From Paraspadella gotoi (taxonomy: Eukaryota > Animalia > Chaetognatha), in contig CM119267.1 of assembly GCA_051294375.1 (NCBI GenBank), forward strand, positions 21,521,755-21,585,754: a stretch of DNA of 64,000 bases, in the 5' to 3' direction. How positions within the stretch are numbered: position 1 is the stretch's first letter; the number at the start of each line of letters is the position of its first letter. The notes below the pieces were generated by a model. It searched no databases. It was not told the origin of the DNA and saw nothing but the letters and a program-made list of their open reading frames with translations. The translations under genes were made by a program, and so were the position numbers. Positions 23,722 to 37,090 of the stretch are shown one piece after another.

Positions 23722-24829
23722 NNNNNNNNNNNNNNNTGTAAAATTGGAAGGTTCTGCAAAAGTCGTTTCTCCGACTAACTTAATACGAAATAGCTTATAA
23801 AATTTGCACAAACAATATGTCATGTCACAATAAACACGCGTGATAAGGCAGTCACTTTGGCGCAACACATTTGAATTACCCTTCTTGCTTTCTTTCTTTA
23901 TTCGTTATTCAACTATCTTTCTCTGTCTTTATTTTTTAGTTTATTCTTCAAATAATTCGATATCTCGCCATTTTTTTTTTCGATTTTGGTTGCTTAGCAG
24001 ATTTAGTAAAATCAACAGAAAAATTTTCCGCAAAATCGTGTCTATACGGGAAAAAATGAATCAAAGAATTTCCTGTTGCTTTAAGATAACATAAAATGAT
24101 GCGGTTTTTTAAGATTTAATAAAAATAATAACTAGCCCCCCAACTAATAAAACAATAAAAACAAATAAACATAAAGTCGAAAGGAAAAATAAACTACAAT
24201 CACAAAAAATCACAAATTTAAAGACACCTTAAAATCTTGAAAAAAAAAAACACATGAAGCTTATTTCTTTACATTATATTTGGCATTAGTTTCAAGTAAT
24301 TTAAGTTAATCTAAAATGGTGAAATGAAAAAATGTCATTTTTTAGGCTAACCGTTTTAAAAAATTCATTGCAGACGGGGAATCATTAACCTAAATGATTC
24401 TACCCCACTGGAAAGAAGATAAAGGCGAACCCAGAATCGAAGTGAATTTTTTTTCCCTTTTTCTATCTTCACCTTGAAAATTAGTGCCAAAACTGAAAAT
24501 GAACAAAAATGGACAATATTTTTTTGCTTAAAAACTAGCTTTGCCGTATCAAATTTATAAGGGAAGGGTTTTATTTACCCCATTGTTCGGCAAAATTTAT
24601 CATTCATATTTGAAGAATCAGGAGATTCAGTTCATTTCTTGGCAAAAGCCTTTTCGTAGACACTTGTCTATAAAAATTATGCGTTCACGCGATAAATGAG
24701 CTATCTTGCCCCTTGACTTCGAACAGGATACAAGCCTTGAACCATTTTCATAGTTAACAAATCCTAATAATCAAAAACAATTTTCAACTTGATAAACTTC
24801 TTTTCAAATTCAACAATCTCTTCTTCAAA

Positions 24830-27054
24830 ATGAGCATCACTCGCCCACTCTGCGCCTTCGTTTATCTGGCGTTCGCCTATTGTTTTCTCCTACCTTCCGC
24901 CGATGCCAAGGGAGGTCGCGGCGGCGGACGTTCCGGAGGTGGACGGTACGGCGGCCGGTACGGCGGCCGGTACGGCGGGCGGTACGGCGGCCGCTATGGC
25001 GGGCGGTACGCCGGTCGATACCGCGGGTCAAGATTCGTAATAGTAAGTGACGTTATAAGCGATTCAATATGTAGAAACTTTAATCTTCACCAACATCATG
25101 AAAACTTCACAATGCCACAGGTGCCGATTGTTCACGGGAGATACGGCGGTCAAAACATATGCAATTTTACGGATCCAAGTGATCCGAACTATTATCGCGT
25201 CGACGACTGTCCAATCGAACCGGGAACCGTTTCGGCCTTGTCGGTAAGTCCTTGTCTCGTCATTATTGGTTCAGAGGTATGAATTACCATTAAGTTTATC
25301 GGCTTCAAAGTCAGGGCGATTATGTACGGTACATTTTGGGAATTCGGATCCTCGAGACGATAGCTAGTACATTAGGGGCGGCGCCTTGTGGTCCATACTG
25401 AGCAGTGAGCATTATGTGGCATTATGACAACGGGGGGACATGTGTGATGCCCGGGTGTGAGGTATCTCCCGACAGCTGGCGCTCAGGGCTTTGGACCTGC
25501 ATTGACCTGCAATGACCACCCCATGTCACTGGCGTGTGTATGCCGACACCATCACACTTTAGCCAGCGTGACCGTGAATGTCCAAGCCTATGGGACGAGC
25601 TGAGTNNNNNNNNNNTGGGACGAGCTGAGTTTCACCAAGCTATACGGGATGCGAATTTAGGATTCGCCACACGATTTAAAGCTGCCTCACGCTGTCCGTC
25701 TGGCAACGCTGCAGATTTGCTCGCCCGCTCTCATTACGGTCATGAGGTCAACACCTTCTCTCAGACATCTCCTCAGGATTTGGGCCCCTGGGGAGGTGGG
25801 GGCATCCTGTGGCAGCAAGACTTAAATTTAAGTTAAAAGTTAAAAGTTAAGAGTTAAAAGCTGCTAAATCTTCTCGTTTCAACCATGCACCCCGCCTTCA
25901 ATCCCTGGGTGGGTAATGGGTATCCCTGTTCTGGCTTAAATGTGAAGGAGCAAGTTTAAACATGCCAGTGGCGGGAGGCGGTCACTGAGGGTCCGCAGCC
26001 TCTGCGTCAGTTGGTGAGATACCCCGCGCCACGGGTATCACATCTAATCCACCCGTTGCCGTAATAACATAGTTTATACCCATAGTATTTACCCATACCT
26101 AAGTTCTATAATAAAATTGGTGAAAATTAAAAAGAATTTTCATTCATTTTAGAAAAATTCATTAATCTTTATAAAGAATTTGGTCACTTCCTTTTCCTGC
26201 TCTATTTCCAGCTCGTGTGGTTTTACATCCCGTGAAGAATTTACATAGCGAGTGTAACTCACTCATAGTTTAATTTAATTTCCATTTTCCCTTTAAACAG
26301 TCGGTTCTATTTTGGCTGCCATCGTCTTCATCGGGATCATCTTCTGCTTCGTGAAGGCAAAAAAACGTAATAGTAAACCCATTCACGTGACCCCTTCAAA
26401 GAGAAACGATGAGATCATCGCAGATGGAATCGGAACCAAGAATGGAATCGGTAAGTTAAAACTAGTTAAATATTTATATATGGTTTACAACGAAATTGAT
26501 CATCGTTCCTTCTCTCTTGACCCATTGGCTGATTGGGGAAATCAATCAACCACTTAGTACCGGGTTGTCATCCCATCCCTGTTCCTAAAGCACAGGAACC
26601 TTTCCTAGGATGCTAGAAATTAATGAACTGATTTTCAGCTCATTTAGCTCCTTTTCCACAACCTAAATATAATTAAACTTTACTTTCATACGACACTCGC
26701 CGTTTTTTGAAATCGGTCATTTTGTTTAGAAGAACGATAAATGAATTCAATATATATAAACAAACTGAATCCATTTTTACCCTTTACCCCGATCTTTCAG
26801 ACTCCAGTTTTTTTCCTGAGATGTCGCCATCGGTTTTATCCTATCCGACGCCGTCTACTACTTACCCGGCGCCGTCTGCAACTTACCCGGTCACACCCTT
26901 CGAGGGCGCGTCGTTCCCGCCGGACAGTTCGCTATACCCGCCGCCGGCGGCGACACAACCGATTCCCCCTCCTTCTTACGGATGGAGACCCGAGGCGCCG
27001 CGGCCTCCGATTACAGCGCCACCGCCCTACACGTACAGCGACGTCAAATTTTGA
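24830..27054 (+). CDS. GGRY-repeat single-pass membrane protein with PPxY tail, paralog 1 (exons 24830-25042, 25121-25243, 26301-26450, 26801-27054)
   Basis: Signal peptide, KGGRGG(GRYG)n, a two-Cys module VPIVHGRYGGQNICNFTDPSDPNYYRVDDCP, TM segment ILAAIVFIGIIFCFV, and a tail with PPSY, PPPY and terminal YSDVKF. One 1-nt phase discrepancy at the end of exon 2. Confidence 0.75.
25365..26100. mobile_element. Nested retroelement/SINE-like fragments in an intron
   Basis: GC-rich island in an AT-rich intron with a (TTAAAAG)n tail at ~25825-25860 and a second SINE-like segment ending in tttacc-type repeats. Family not identifiable. Confidence 0.4.
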
Positions 27055-28608
27055 AGATGGCGCTGTTTACTTGTAACAAATGATTTTTCTTTTATGCTTT
27101 TGATATTTATTTATACAAAACTTTTAACATGATTTGTATCTTTTATCTAAAAATATGAATCTACTATTTGTGTAATTGATGTTATTCCGAAAAAAAATGT
27201 GATAAATTGACGTTTAAAAAGACGCCATCTCGCGAGTAAATGGTTCGCATGAAATTTAAGAATCATGTTCGTTCAGCTCAAGGAATGGCAAAATTGTCAA
27301 TATAGTGATCCAGAAATCATGAAATTTATTTCAACAACGATTTTTTTTTATTTTAAATATAAGCTTGCTTATGAAACAAATACTGAGTTTATTAATTTAT
27401 TCTCAACACTGTATATATAACTCAGTCGTTATGATTTCCAGTTATAAACTCAGGTCAATCAACAAAAAGGTTTTCTGCTTGAAGATATTCCGATTCCACC
27501 CATTCCTCAAATCCTGAAAAAGTAAAGTCGGAATATGATGACCTTCTTTGACAGTTTTTAATTTTTTTTCTAGAGGCTTAAACAAAAGAAGTTTTTATAT
27601 CTCTTAAGCTGCCTAAATTTTTAAAGGGTCCGTCCTCTGTCCACTGTCCGACTGTATATGTAATGCTAACTAAGCAAGTGTTCATTTATTACGTTCAAGT
27701 ACAGTATATTATATACTACTTTTCAGCGTGGTCCAAAAAAGCCAAGTCAAGTTTGAAATCGAAATCAAAATTTTTCCAGAAAGTTCTATATCATCTTAAA
27801 TTTTAAATTAAATTATATTTTAGATAGGGTTTAGGATTAGGTTAGCGTTAGAGATTAGGGATATGTTTAGGTTAAATATAAGCATAAAAATTAAATTCTG
27901 AGATAAACGAACCGAAATGGGGCACTCTTGGAAAATAAAGTCCAAAATTTGACTCAAAACTGAAAATCGCGACTTCTTTCCTTTGTTCGCTGCTTCAGGA
28001 GAAAAACTAGAAAAACGAGTTTGGACTTTTTCAGTCGCCAAGGTTTTATCGTATATTATTCAAAATCTCGTGACGAACAACGTCTCTCTCTCTCTCTCTC
28101 TCTTGCTTTCTCTATTGCGTGTTGCCGAGTTTACGTTGGCGTTTTCTTTCAGGTTTTTAATAGTTCCTTTCTTCATTTTACCTCGGAACTAAAAATAATA
28201 ACTACATAAAAACACATTTTTAGCTGCATGAATTTACCCAACTAAATTTTAAACTTAGTGAGAATGTCATTAAGTAACTCTTGCGAAAATCTTAATTAAA
28301 ATGAGTCACATGCTCATTCTCATCGCTCATAAACTTTAACACCTGGATATTTGAAAATGGTTTTTCGAAATCGAATTTTTATAATATATATATATATATA
28401 TATTGATAAAATGTTTAAAAAAAGGAATTTTTTTTTTTTACCAAAAAGAACAGTTATTCTTCAAAAATTAAATATTTTCTTATTGAACAACGCGGATCGA
28501 AAGACTAAAAAAATCCACCGACCAATCAAAACAAAACAAAACAAAACAATACTCTTTACTTCATCAAATGTCCTTTTGTTTCAGATATTTCATCCTGCTA
28601 AAACGAAA

Positions 28609-30943
28609 ATGAGTTGCCGTTTACTTGGCGCTTTCGTTTTTCTTACGATAGCCTTTTGTTTTGAACCGAATTTCGTCGCGGGGGTGCGCTCCGCTCGCGG
28701 ATCTTATCGATCTTCTCGATCTTATCGATACCGCTCCGGAAGAGTCGGAACGAGCGCCTCAGGCTTCGTCTATGTTAGTAATAATGTATATCAAAGTAGT
28801 ACTCTTTAGTTATAATCTTTTGTAATTGCCAGAACACTAGTAAAAGTGCAAGTATGTCAAATCATGAAAAACATGTATGAATAAAGTTGCTCTCTCAAAG
28901 AATCCACCAATTCGCTTCCAAAGATCGAATTTGTCCTATTTTACCAGGTTCCCCTCGTTCACGGACATTACCGGGGACAAAACAAGTGCAACGTGACCGA
29001 TCCAGATGACCCGACTTACACTCGCATCGAGGACTGTCCCGCTAACACTGGGGCCATCGTCGCCGGCATCCGTGAGTATCTTAACCAATAACCATTGTAT
29101 ATTTGACTATTTAACTATCATTATCTTCTTAACATTTTAAAAATATTTTTAACCATTTTATTCTTGTGCTACTCAGTAGTCACACCCTTCTTACCATCGT
29201 GAAAAAAATAAAAATCTTAACGTCTTGAGTTCTTAACCATCACGTTTTCAAAAGCCAATCATTATTCTATTAACCACTGCGTTCAAGCAGTGTTTTTTTT
29301 TTCAATCATCAATCATCAAAACTCAAAAGTAATGCCTCATAGAAAAAAATATTCCTTATTACTTTTTGTATTTTTATTTGTTTATTTATATACTTTATAG
29401 CTTTTTTTTTTGGCTTTTAACGAAAACTAAAAAAAAACATAACAAACATTCCCCCCCAATTTCCTTATCGAAAAGTCATTCCCATAATCGCCATCATCGT
29501 CGTCACCCCATCATCTGTTGCGTCATGAAGAAGAAGAGACGTAATTGTCATCCCAGTCAACCCTGTCGCTTTTCGGGCTCAAAAAGACGACCGAGAGAAG
29601 CCTGTGGGTATCCGTCGGTGAGTTAGTGGAGTTGAGGAAGAGGAGAAGTCTTCTGGTAAGTTCAGTTGCTGGAGTAGAGTTTTTTTTCGCTGTGGGACGG
29701 CTGGAGTAAAGAGGAAGGTTATGTTGCTGGAGTGGGGTTTTTTTTTCACTATGTGGAGCTGGAAAAGAGTAGAAAATGTTTATTATTTTTACGCCTCGAG
29801 GATCGCGCGAGGTCACAAAATCTTTCAACGAGAGAAAGCGGTTTGTAGAATAGGTCACTTTTTCACTGTTTGTAGTTAGTTCGCTTGAGTAAATTAAGGC
29901 TGAGGGCGAGGTCATGCTGCGGTGTTAGGGATAAAAAAGATGAAGTGAATACTGAATAGTAGAGTGGAGCACTCAAGAACAAAAAAATTATTTGAATGAT
30001 CGAACAATGATATTTAGATGTGAGAGAGTATGATTAACTAGTACAAAAAAAAATATTTCGTTCATATTATCTCGGGAACAGAATAGCAAAATATAATATA
30101 TTTGTAGTAATATCCTTATAAAATATAAATTTTAAAAATAATTTTTATAAAACTTTTAATAAAGATTCAAATTCTTCATAAAAAGTTGAATCAAAAATAT
30201 AAAACATGTTATCAAAAATTCTGTCATCTTCAATGTTTAAAATAAGAAAAAAGGTAAAAATTCCTGACTTTTTTTATCTCTGTAGTAGAAACTTATATAT
30301 GTTAAAAGCGTTTTTAGTCATTTTTTGTTGATCTAAACATTAAAAATATCATATAACATATTTTATAAATTTCTTAGTTTTTTACCGCGAATCCAAATCA
30401 GTTCTTAAAAATAAAAAAAAATTATTTTGAAATTTAACGATTTTATAAGGATATTACTACATAAATAATTGAATTTGCTATACTGTTATGCTAAAAATTT
30501 TTTAAAAGGATTTAAAATTCATTAATTATATGTCCATAGCAGCAAAAAAATAATGTTCAATCACTCATCTTTTCATCACTCCACCCTACTGAATAGGACA
30601 AATTATTCTTGCGAGTGATTTGAGGAAGTGAGCTTTCACATTGCATGCAATAAAAGGCCTTTTCCCCTGATATTGTCACTGGTTTTATTTTGTTCCTTTT
30701 TATTATTTCTCTTCAGTCGACGATCCTGCTCCGGCGTCAACGAATCCCGACTTTGCCTACCCGACGCCAGCCCCGCCTTACGTCGCCACCCCGGCCACCG
30801 GCGCCGCGCCTCCGCCGGACAGCGCCATGTACCCACCGCCGGCGTCGACCTACCCGTCGCCACCGCCCGCCTACGGATGGGGTGTGGAAACGGCGCCGCC
30901 GCCGGGCTCGGCGCCGCCGTCTTACGAGGACGTCAAGTTTTGA
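28609..30943 (+). CDS. Arg/Ser/Tyr-rich single-pass membrane protein with PPxY tail, paralog 2 (exons 28609-28773, 28948-29071, 29476-29617, 30717-30943); exon 3 frameshifted as assembled
   Basis: Same exon layout as paralog 1. Two-Cys module VPLVHGHYRGQNKCNVTDPDDPTYTRIEDCP and TM segment IPIIAIIVV..IICCV-MKKKRR. The tail has PPAY, PPSY and terminal YEDVKF. Confidence 0.68.
29935..30590. mobile_element. Degenerate AT-rich fold-back/MITE-like element
   Basis: gtagtaatatccttataaaat (~30104) and attttataaggatattactac (~30440) are reverse complements. Imperfect inverted similarity extends outward to agtagagtggag / ctccaccctact. Confidence 0.55.
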
Positions 30944-31968
30944 AGAAAGCGTCGTCCAAAGCTTCGTGGTTTAAACCTGCGTCATTTAAGGTTCGTCTTA
31001 TTAAGCGGCGTCGCTAAAAGCAGCTTCATTTGACGCGACGTGTTTTATGGCGCCGTCTATCAGACACCGGATTCCAGAGTTAACGGCGACGGGATATCTC
31101 ACCATTCAAATAAAATATTTCTAGAAAGTTAAAAGATATTTAAAATAATGTTAAGTTTGAATGAACCTCGTTGCCGAATGTCTAAAAAAATTTATCCACC
31201 GAAATATCGACGAATAATTTATAAATGTATGAAATATATTAAAATCGACGATTGTTTGATTCGATCTTTTATTTTAAACTTTCCTCTGTCGTATTAAATT
31301 CTCTTTAAGATGTTTTTTATGGTTTAGGTAGGTAAAGGTAGATTGTTTCTGTAGATGTAGATGTAAATACTCTCCCCCGTGCCACAGACTGTGGTGACAA
31401 AAAAATTATCCACGATCCCCATTTGCAAATTTTATTTGTAAATTCAACTTATTTTTCTCAGGAAAACCGCACAAGAGTAACGTCCGGTTTTGTACCCTCA
31501 CAATTTTAAATGTATTTACGCTGACTTAAGATATCTTAGAATTCAGAATATAACCCGAGAGACAATGCAGTTTGGTTTGTATTCGTGAATACTCGTTGCT
31601 TTCTCTTGTTTTTTCTTTTTTTTTCTCAATTTGATTGTTTGTGCACATTCGAATTTAAATGTGTGTGAATAACTAAATATCTTGAAGCAAATATAAGTTC
31701 TAATACTATTACTTTATTTCAAATTTCTACAATATTTTACAGTTAGTAACGATTTACAATTTTGGGCATGCAAGAACATCTCGAGCTAAAAAAAAACTAA
31801 TCTTTTCCACTTTGTTCTTATACAATTAAGATATCAGGTTCATATTATTAATACCAAAATACCAGTTTGTCGTGCCAAAATTTTTATCCGCTGTTTCATT
31901 TGTTATTTTAAACTCGAAAAAGTGTAAAAAAAACTTGACAGTATTACAGTCTACTCTCTAGTTGTAAA

Positions 31969-33490
31969 TCAGTAATCATTATCACGTCTCTCAGTCCCGG
32001 ACGCGACTGAGTGCTCCCCCCGCAGACGCCGCTGCTGGTGCTGCTCCCAATGAAGCGCGAGTTGCTGCTGTCGTTCCAGCTGCATAGCGTACTGCCGCTG
32101 ATCCATTCGCCACGCGATTTGTTGCTGCTGCTCAATCTGCATGGTGTAATACTGCTGCTGCTGATCGAAGGTCCAGGCTCTTCGACGATACGATTCCGGA
32201 GAAGCCGAGTGCGGAGGGGGCGGCATCGGCATTTGCGGCGCCGCCGGAGTCAAATGCAACTGCGGCTGAGATCGATGCCGAGAGGGCGTGGCCCATTCCA
32301 TTGGCGGCGTCGTTTGAACGCCGATAAGCGGCGTCTCGGACGAAGATCGTTCCAAAACCGTCGGTGTCGGCGGCGCCTCGGGGAAGAAACGCGCGCCGGG
32401 GATCGAGGGTACGCCGACGGCGCCGTTGGCCGGAAGCGGCGTTGTCTGCGCTGTGATGGAAAGATCGGAGAGTTGGAGGGTCTCGACGAGGACGCGTTGG
32501 AGGTATTCCTGAAAAGTTTTGGGGAGGAGGAACTGTTAAAATAAAGCTTTTTGTGAAAGGTTACTCTTAAAAATGATTCAATAATCAATATTGAATATCA
32601 GATACTGAAAGTAATAGCTTTAGCAATCGTGATAATAGGAGTTTGTAAACAGAAAGCAAAAGATTGTTTACGCGAAACTCCATTGTATTAAAAACTGATT
32701 TTAACGAGTTATAATTTAATTACTCGACGGAAAATAAAAGAAAGGATATTGGTGAGTTTCTTTTTCGCTCTAGTAAGTAATGAAGAATATAATTTTAGTA
32801 ATTTTAGTCAGGAAAAAGAACTGCTATTAATTACATAATTGTCCACTTAAAACAATTAAAGATACGTAATATAACTTTATTAACTCTGGGAGTTAATAAA
32901 CTAGACTGTGTGAGAGTCATGATTGAAAGCTTTTGCAGGGTCAGGCGGGATGAATGCCCTTAACCCACCCAGTCAGGGGCAACATGAGGATATTCAAATT
33001 AAGATCGTAAGTTGTATGTAATTTGACTTCAATTTGAAGTCGTCTTCACCTGAAGGTTCCGACGAGTGTGTTCGGGGAGATATTGGTGAATGTAGCGGTA
33101 AAGGTGACAATGATGAAGGTATTGGTAGATTCTATGGTGCAGCAGGTTGTGATGTTGATGCATCAGCGTCCTGAGGAAACCAAAATAAGCGAGTTATTTA
33201 TTATTCAGATTAAGTACGAATGGAAGCAGAAATTTGACAACATTTTCAACTGCAGCCAGAGAAATAATATAATTATAATCATATATGTATATATATAATT
33301 GTAATCATTTCATTGTTTTTCTATCTTTCCGACGGAACGCTCAAAGAGGAGGATGCCGCCATTTGCGATAATAGATTGTCAACAAAAGATCAATCAAACT
33401 ATACAAACATTTAAAAAAGTATCACCGCTTAACAAAAATTTAAAAACAACGACAATCTCCCGAGCCATTTTTATCGTTCTCTCTCTCTCA

Positions 33491-33527
<37 letters not shown>

Positions 33528-33531
33528 TCTC

Positions 33532-33567
<36 letters not shown>

Positions 33568-34853
33568 CTCTCCTCTCTCTCTCACCTGTAATGCCGGAAC
33601 ATGATGACGGAGACGGTAACGACGACGACGAGGACGACGCTCATGACGAAGATGACGTAAGCAGACGCCGGAAGCGACGCGCATTCGGCGCCGTCGAAGC
33701 CACAGGGTGGCACGTCGGGTGGCGGCGTCCTCGAGTCCGCGCTCCACCAGATGCGGCGGTAGCGGCGCTTGCAAGCGGCGCGGCGGGGTCGGTGACGGCT
33801 GCTGCTTGGGGGAGGTGAGGGAGAGTGGGCGTCGGTAGAGTTGTTGTCGTTGTTGTCGTTGTTGTACTCTTCTGCGACGATTTGAAAATCCTGAGAAGAG
33901 CAGAAAAATTGTATCCTACTGTATCCTCAAAATAGCGGTAATCATGGCAACGGATTAAATTAAATTAAATTAAATTAATTTAAATTAATTTAATTAAATG
34001 CGGATTAAATTATGACCCCCCTCAGCATTGAAGATTGAGGCTAAACAAATGTTGGGACAAGGGGACATGGCGCAAACATGAAAGGGTAGGCGCAATTCGG
34101 CAATTTAGAATTTAAGTGTTTCCGGAACCAATCGTTGAGTAGATGCCAGAGAGAGTGGACCGAAGTAGGTCGACAAAAAACGAAAAAAAACTTGACTAAA
34201 AAAAACAAAAAAAACAACAATCATTACAAACCTTGTCGACGTCCTCCTCCTCCTCCTCCTCCTCCTCAACCCCCTCCTCCTCCTCCTCTTCCCATTCGCG
34301 GCAAAATTCGAATCTTCCTTCGGCTCCAAAAAAATCCGCCACCACCTGAGAGAGAGAGAGAGAGTGGTGGGGCTAAACGCGCAGGAAGACCCTCAAAAGA
34401 GAACGATAAACAGAAAGACAATCGGACTACCTAGAATGCTGATGGAGAAATAAGCGACAAATTTAAGGAAATTTTAAAAAAATGTAAGATAGACTGACTG
34501 ATCGGCGGACAATAAACGATAAAAAAAAACGCCAACGACAAAAAACCGGACTGACAGACTGACAGACTGACCTCGAAGTATCCCGTCCTAGGATTCATGT
34601 TGAGAAGACTGAAGTCGGTTTTTCGATCTCCGTTGGAATCGATGCCGATTCGACCTACGATTAAAGATGGAATCAGTCGTTGTTGTCGTTGTTGTCGTTG
34701 TTGTCTTCGTCGTTGTTTTGGTTGTTTGTAATTACGGAGAAAACGTCAAAGATGTAAACAAAGAAAATGAGAACAAACTGGAGATTAATCATCGAAGGCC
34801 TCTCTCTCTTCTCCTTCTCTCTCTCCTCTCCTTCTCTCTCAGGCTCTGCTCTC

Positions 34854-34895
<42 letters not shown>

Positions 34896-34934
34896 TCTCT
34901 CTCTCTGTCTTTCTCTCTCTCTCTCCTCTTTCTC

Positions 34935-34968
<34 letters not shown>

Positions 34969-35060
34969 GTCTCTCTCTTTTTCTCTCTCTCTTTGTTTTC
35001 CTTTCTTCCCTTTTCTGCTCTCTCTCTTTCTCTCTCTCTCTCGTCTTCCTCTCTCTCTCT

Positions 35061-35134
<74 letters not shown>

Positions 35135-37090
35135 CTTCTCGTCTCTCTCTTCTTCTCTCTCTCTCTCTCTATCTCCTCTCTCTCTTCTCTCTCTCCTCTC
35201 TCCTCCCTCTCCGTCTCATCTCTCCTCCTCTCTCTCTCTCCCCCCAAACCGGCGGATCCGGTTCGAAAAGTGACGTTCCTCATGTTCCTCGTGACGCCGG
35301 GTCCGTCCTCCGGGTCTCCGCCGGCGCCGAGGGTGGCGTTGAGGGCCATGGCGTAGAGGAGGAGGGAATCGTGGAAGGCGCCGACGAAGTTGTTGACGGT
35401 GGAGTTGGGATCCTCGAAGCGGGCGAGGGAGTCGTTGGACGAGATGGCGGAATGGAGGACCTTTTGAGAGGGGGNNNNNNNNNNNNNNNNNNNNNNNNNN
35501 NNNNNNNNNNNNNNNNNNNNNNNNNNNNNNNNNNNNNNNNNNNNNNNNNNNNNNNNNNNNNNNNNNNNNNNNNNNNNNNNNNNNNNNNNNNNNNNNNNNN
35601 NNNNNNNNNNNNNNNNNNNNNNNNNNNNNNNNNNNNNNNNNNNNNNNNNNNNNNNNNNNNNNNNNNNNNNNNNNNNNNNNNNNNNNNNNGAAGGAAAGGA
35701 CAGGAAGGGACAGAGGCGGAAACGAGAGAGAAAGAGAAAGGATTAAAAAGGACAGTATGACGAAAGAGACAGAGACAGAGAGAGAATTTGAGGCGGGAGA
35801 GAGAGAGAGAGATGTTTTTGATTTTTGTGACATTTGAGAATACTCTCAATTTTTTTTTCTTTTTGAATTGATTTTTATTTTTCAAAAGATTCAGAGTTGG
35901 ACTAGATTTCATTTTCGTGAGTCTGACAGCGCCCTCGCCTGGTGACGCCAGCTGAGCTCCATAACAGCAAAATTTTTCTTAATCGAAAAAAAAAGACAAT
36001 AAAAAGATATTTGTGTGATTTATTGCTTTTGTTGTACCGGAAAGAAAAGACTCAGGGGGAAAAAAATATGGCTATATTTTCCAAATACCCCCGATTTTCG
36101 ATTAATTTTAGTGAGGTTTTAAATTTAAAGATTAAGTTAATGATTACCTTTGGGATTATGTTTAGGACTAATGTTAAGGATTAAAGATTAGGTAACGTGT
36201 TATACGGATATAGTTAAAGATTAGGGTTAAAAACTGAACAAAATATTTGAAAAGGTTAATTCTTAAAATAAAAATTAAATTCTAAGATAAGGAACAAAAA
36301 TGGGGCGGTCACGGAAAATAACACCCAACAAGTGTCAGAGTTGGTGGGTTTAAATGGTAAGTGTGAATTGTGGGAATGGGTGAGGGCCTCAGCGTCAAAG
36401 ATAAACCTAATGGATTCGTAATATTTTTTTTATTCCGGCCGCGAGTTGAAGATAAGAGATAAACAAATACGACGGAAATGGGGGGGGTTGTGGAAAATGG
36501 CGGGAAAGAAAAAAAATGTTGATAAAAAGAATCCAGACTTGAATTTCGATACAAAAGGAAATTCTGAGATAAAAAGAACAAAATAATTTGAATTAAAACG
36601 CTAATCAGAGTTGAATCTCATATTCATATTAAAAATGATATTGAAAAATCTTTGATTCAGAATTAATCGTCGACTTCCGAAGTCGACGACCAGAATTTCG
36701 GATAGAATTTCGATTCGGAATCTTTTGTCGGCCGATGTNNNNNNNNNNNNNNNNNNNNNNNNNNNNNNNNNNNNNNNNNNNNNNNNNNNNNNNNNNNNNN
36801 NNNNNNNNNNNNNNNNNNNNNNNNNNNNNNNNNNNNNNNNNNNNNNNNNNNNNNNNNNNNNNNNNNNNNNNNNNNNNNNNCCAAGTAGTGACTAGAAGGT
36901 GCGTGTCTCAGATTGACGAGCAACATGTTCTGCATCATCGTCTTCGCCAACAAATTTTCCTCTTCGACAATTCGAAGACTTAATTTCTTTTTGTTGTTGT
37001 CGTCGTCGTCGTCGTCGCTCGTCTCGTTGTCCTTATTCTTTTCCTTCACGACGTCTCGTGGATCGAGCCGCCACGGGGCGCCGCGATCCC
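31969..37090 (-). CDS. Natriuretic-peptide-receptor-like (ANF-receptor ectodomain) membrane protein, 5'-partial, with non-catalytic tail (exons 37090-36881 running into a gap, 35460-35250, 34654-34572, 34345-34232, 33890-33586, 33170-33050, 32508-31969)
   Basis: VNNFVGAFHDSLLLYAMALNATL...DGPGVTRNMRNVTFRTGSAGRIGIDSNGDRKTDFSLLNM...FEVVADF and PPPDVPPCGFDGAEC followed by a TM segment match NPR/receptor guanylyl cyclase ectodomain motifs. The downstream exons join in phase. Confidence 0.8.

Noticed and set aside
24940-25025. RYamide neuropeptide precursor from the (GRYG)n repeats
   Set aside because: There are no dibasic cleavage sites, the protein has a TM segment and cytoplasmic tail, and the paralog lacks the repeat.
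25590-25630. Direct repeat TGGGACGAGCTGAGT on both sides of an N run
   Set aside because: Typical contig-overlap scaffolding artefact.
33939-33952. RFX X-box-like sites (also ~44872)
   Set aside because: Degenerate 14-mers away from any defined promoter cannot be distinguished from chance.
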